Source: Eubacteriales bacterium (GTDB lineage Bacteria > Bacillota > Clostridia > Oscillospirales > CAG-382). From it: a DNA stretch of 64,000 nucleotides. Of the stretch, positions 61,866 to 64,000 are shown piece by piece. Every line of letters begins with the position of its first letter. The first letter of the stretch is position 1. Made by a program: the position numbers and the translations under genes. The notes below the pieces were generated by a model. The model was not told where the DNA came from and ran no database searches. It was given only the letters and a program-made list of their open reading frames with translations. The stretch spans positions 5,067 to 69,066 of the forward strand of contig JAZOBE010000034.1 of the NCBI GenBank assembly GCA_045595785.1. Reading direction: 5' to 3'.

Positions 61866-62975
61866 TTACATGTTTTTTTTCAAAAGACGCTTAATTCTCT
61901 GGGTAGAATCCAACAGAGGAGAGATAGAATCGTCATGATTAAGGGTATTAATGATCTTTGCCATGAACTTGGAAAGGTCAACCTCAACAAACCAAGGACG
62001 CTGCTTGATGCTCTCAGGCACGTAAGAAAGGTTGGTGGAATAGATCTTGGTAAGCTTTCCTTCTTCGTACAGTCTATCAAATTTTTCGGGTCCTTCGGTG
62101 AAGAACGCAAAAGTAGCGGCAACATAAGTAGCGGATACGTTCTTGCCGGAGGTTGCTTTAATAACGTCAACAATAGATTCGCCGGAAGCAATCATATCGT
62201 CTACGATGAGAACCTTTTTGCCGTTGAGGTCGCCGCCGATGTATTCGTGCTGAACGATGGGATTCTTGCCGTTTACTATGCGGGTATGGTCGCGTCTCTT
62301 ATAGAACATACCAACGTCAACTCCGAGAATTCCGGCGTGATAAATAGCTCTATCCATAGCGCCGGTATCGGGAGAAATAACCACCATATTGTCTTTGTCA
62401 ATACTGTTTCCTTCGTTGGTTATAAACGCTTTAAGCATAGAATAACTTGCATAAACGTTTTCAAATGAAGTGTTGGGAATGGAATTGTAAATAGTGGGGT
62501 CGTGTGCGTCAAAAGTAATGATGGTGGAAACACCGAGTCTCTCTAACTCCTCAAGTGCCATAGCACAGTCAAGAGATTCGCGTCCCTTTCTCTTGTGCTG
62601 GCGAGAAGAATAGAGAAGGGGCATAACCAGAGTAATACGGTTTGCTTTACCGCCGATTGCGCTTATAACGCGCTTGATATCCTGAAAATGTTCATCGGGG
62701 CCCATGTTGTGCTGCATACCGAACATATTGTAGCAACAGCTGTAATTACCTACATCGGTAAGAATATAAATATCTTTGCTGCGCACAGAATCGTTGATAC
62801 GGATCTTTCCTTCGCCGTTGTTAAAGCGCACTTCCTCAATAGGGATAATATAGCTTTCAGAAGAAGGCTCCTCTCCGCGTAATTGTTTGATTCGCTCGTC
62901 GACAAGCGTACCCTGCTCTCTGCAATTGCTGAGTACTATTAAACCAAGTTTGCCGTGGTTTGCTGTTTCGGACAT
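61866..62975 (-). CDS. prs: ribose-phosphate pyrophosphokinase (long form)
   Basis: ~369 aa from MSETANHGKLG. Contains FDAHD and the PRPP-binding loop VLIVDDMIASGES. Confidence 0.85.
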   Translation of the reverse strand: MSETANHGKLGLIVLSNCREQGTLVDERIKQLRGEEPSSESYIIPIEEVRFNNGEGKIRINDSVRSKDIYILTDVGNYSCCYNMFGMQHNMGPDEHFQDIKRVISAIGGKANRITLVMPLLYSSRQHKRKGRESLDCAMALEELERLGVSTIITFDAHDPTIYNSIPNTSFENVYASYSMLKAFITNEGNSIDKDNMVVISPDTGAMDRAIYHAGILGVDVGMFYKRRDHTRIVNGKNPIVQHEYIGGDLNGKKVLIVDDMIASGESIVDVIKATSGKNVSATYVAATFAFFTEGPEKFDRLYEEGKLTKIYSTNLSYVPESIKQRPWFVEVDLSKFMAKIINTLNHDDSISPLLDSTQRIKRLLKKNM

Positions 62976-63141
62976 ACTTAACAATTCCTTTCAAGTTGAT
63001 TTGTGTTGATTTGGCATTTGCCGACACTATTCTACAATATTTTTTTACAAATGTATATAGTATTTATTAACAAAATCTTCAAATAGTTAAAATTTTTTTC
63101 AATCTAATCAACAATTAGTGTTAAAACAGCGCCGTTGTTTA

Positions 63142-63170
63142 TTGACAAACGGTATATATTGTGGTACAAT
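63142..63170 (+). promoter_or_regulatory. putative sigmaA promoter of recA (TTGACA-17 nt-TACAAT)
   Basis: Hexamers at 63142-63147 and 63165-63170. Confidence 0.55.
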
Positions 63171-63177
63171 GACGGCG

Positions 63178-63191
63178 AGAACATTTGTTTG
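63178..63191. promoter_or_regulatory. LexA (DinR) SOS box
   Basis: aGAACatttGTTTg lies immediately downstream of the -10. It matches the Firmicute GAAC-N4-GTTC/T consensus. Confidence 0.6.
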
Positions 63192-63207
63192 GAAAGAAGG
63201 AAGATAA

Positions 63208-64000
63208 ATGGCAACGAATGATAAGAATCTGGATAGTAAAAAACAGGCGTTGGCAACCGCTCTTGCACAGATAGAAAAGCAGTGCGGTAAAGGCTCTATT
63301 ATGCGCCTTGGCGATAATATTGGTATGGAAGTGAAGGCTGTTCCCACCGGCTCTTTGTCTTTGGATATGGCTTTGGGAATCGGCGGCGTTCCTAAGGGAC
63401 GCATTGTTGAGATCTTCGGTCCGGAATCTTCCGGTAAGACGACCGTTGCTTTGCATATAATTTCCGAGGTGCAGAAAGCTGGCGGTGAAGCTGCGTTTAT
63501 TGATGCGGAGCATGCGCTTGATCCCGTTTATGCAAAAGCTTTGGGCGTCGACATTAACTCTCTGCTGGTTTCTCAGCCCGACAATGGCGAGCAAGCTTTG
63601 GAAATTACAGAAGCTCTCGTACGAAGCGGTGCTATTGAAGTTGTTGTTGTTGACTCTGTTGCCGCACTTGTACCCAAAAGTGAAATTGATGGTGATATGG
63701 GTGCCGCTCACGTTGGTCTTCATGCAAGACTTATGTCTCAGGCTCTTAGAAAACTTTCCGGAGCTATCGCTAAGTCTAACTGTATCGTAGTTTTTATTAA
63801 CCAGCTTCGTGAGAAAGTTGGCGTTATTTACGGAAATCCCGAAACAACCACCGGCGGACGTGCGCTTAAGTTCTATGCTTCCGTTCGTATCGACATCAGA
63901 AAGGCAGAGGCCATCAAGTCCGGAGCCGATATTGTCGGTAACCACGTAAAATGTAAGGTTGTTAAAAATAAGGTCGCTCCTCCGTTCAGAACAGCGGAAT
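63208..64000 (+). CDS. recA: recombinase RecA (N-terminal ~264 aa; continues past the right edge)
   Basis: Absent from the ORF track because it is open at the edge. The ATG at 63208 after GGAAAGAAGGAAG gives [36 protein letters not shown]...[14 protein letters not shown]...[11 protein letters not shown]. Confidence 0.95.
   Translation, partial: MATNDKNLDSKKQALATALAQIEKQCGKGSIMRLGDNIGMEVKAVPTGSLSLDMALGIGGVPKGRIVEIFGPESSGKTTVALHIISEVQKAGGEAAFIDAEHALDPVYAKALGVDINSLLVSQPDNGEQALEITEALVRSGAIEVVVVDSVAALVPKSEIDGDMGAAHVGLHARLMSQALRKLSGAIAKSNCIVVFINQLREKVGVIYGNPETTTGGRALKFYASVRIDIRKAEAIKSGADIVGNHVKCKVVKNKVAPPFRTAE

Noticed and set aside
1-64000. Search for CRISPR arrays, IS elements or transposases, integrases, prophage genes, toxin-antitoxin pairs, restriction-modification or other defence genes, and tRNA or rRNA genes
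   Set aside because: I could not see any spaced direct-repeat arrays, terminal inverted repeats, DDE or tyrosine/serine recombinase motifs, reverse transcriptase, nuclease/methylase pairs or cloverleaf-like sequences. All sizeable intergenic gaps are accounted for by promoters, terminators, the SRP RNA or the rpsF leader.

Overview
This looks like a chromosomal segment of a spore-forming, mid/low-GC Firmicute of Clostridia type. Supporting signs are a spoVAC-spoVAD-spoVAE operon, PFOR, PPDK, GTP-PEPCK and the Bacillus-like order SRP RNA-dnaX-ybaB-recR. About 50 protein genes are packed tightly, and most are housekeeping: ppdK (partial), pth, mfd, comM/yifB, nifJ, recR, ybaB, dnaX, potABCD, pck, rsmA, queG, rpsF-ssb-rpsR, prs and recA (partial). 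I found one structured RNA gene (SRP RNA) and many clear stem-loop terminators and sigmaA-like promoters. I saw no tRNA or rRNA genes, CRISPR arrays, transposases, integrases or phage genes. The most unusual region is a 12.6-kb, seven-gene operon (20984-33587). It encodes a 1125-aa solute-binding protein with duplicated beta-sandwich modules and two complete ABC permease pairs, but no ATPase. It also encodes a 724-aa NHL-propeller/TPR/Yip1-like membrane protein and a 964-aa secreted protein of no recognisable enzyme family. No regulator is encoded in the operon or next to it. The second point of interest is an 889-aa protein (9556-12225, minus strand). It fuses an ECF-type sigma-70 domain to a roughly 700-aa soluble extension containing an internally duplicated module, with no adjacent anti-sigma gene. 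Smaller oddities are listed as findings, including a GHL10-type 1126-aa lipoprotein apparently co-transcribed with potABCD, a PotD with a C-terminal membrane anchor, and a stand-alone acyl-AMP ligase plus ACP pair. All calls come from reading motifs and gene order by eye; no database search was possible.
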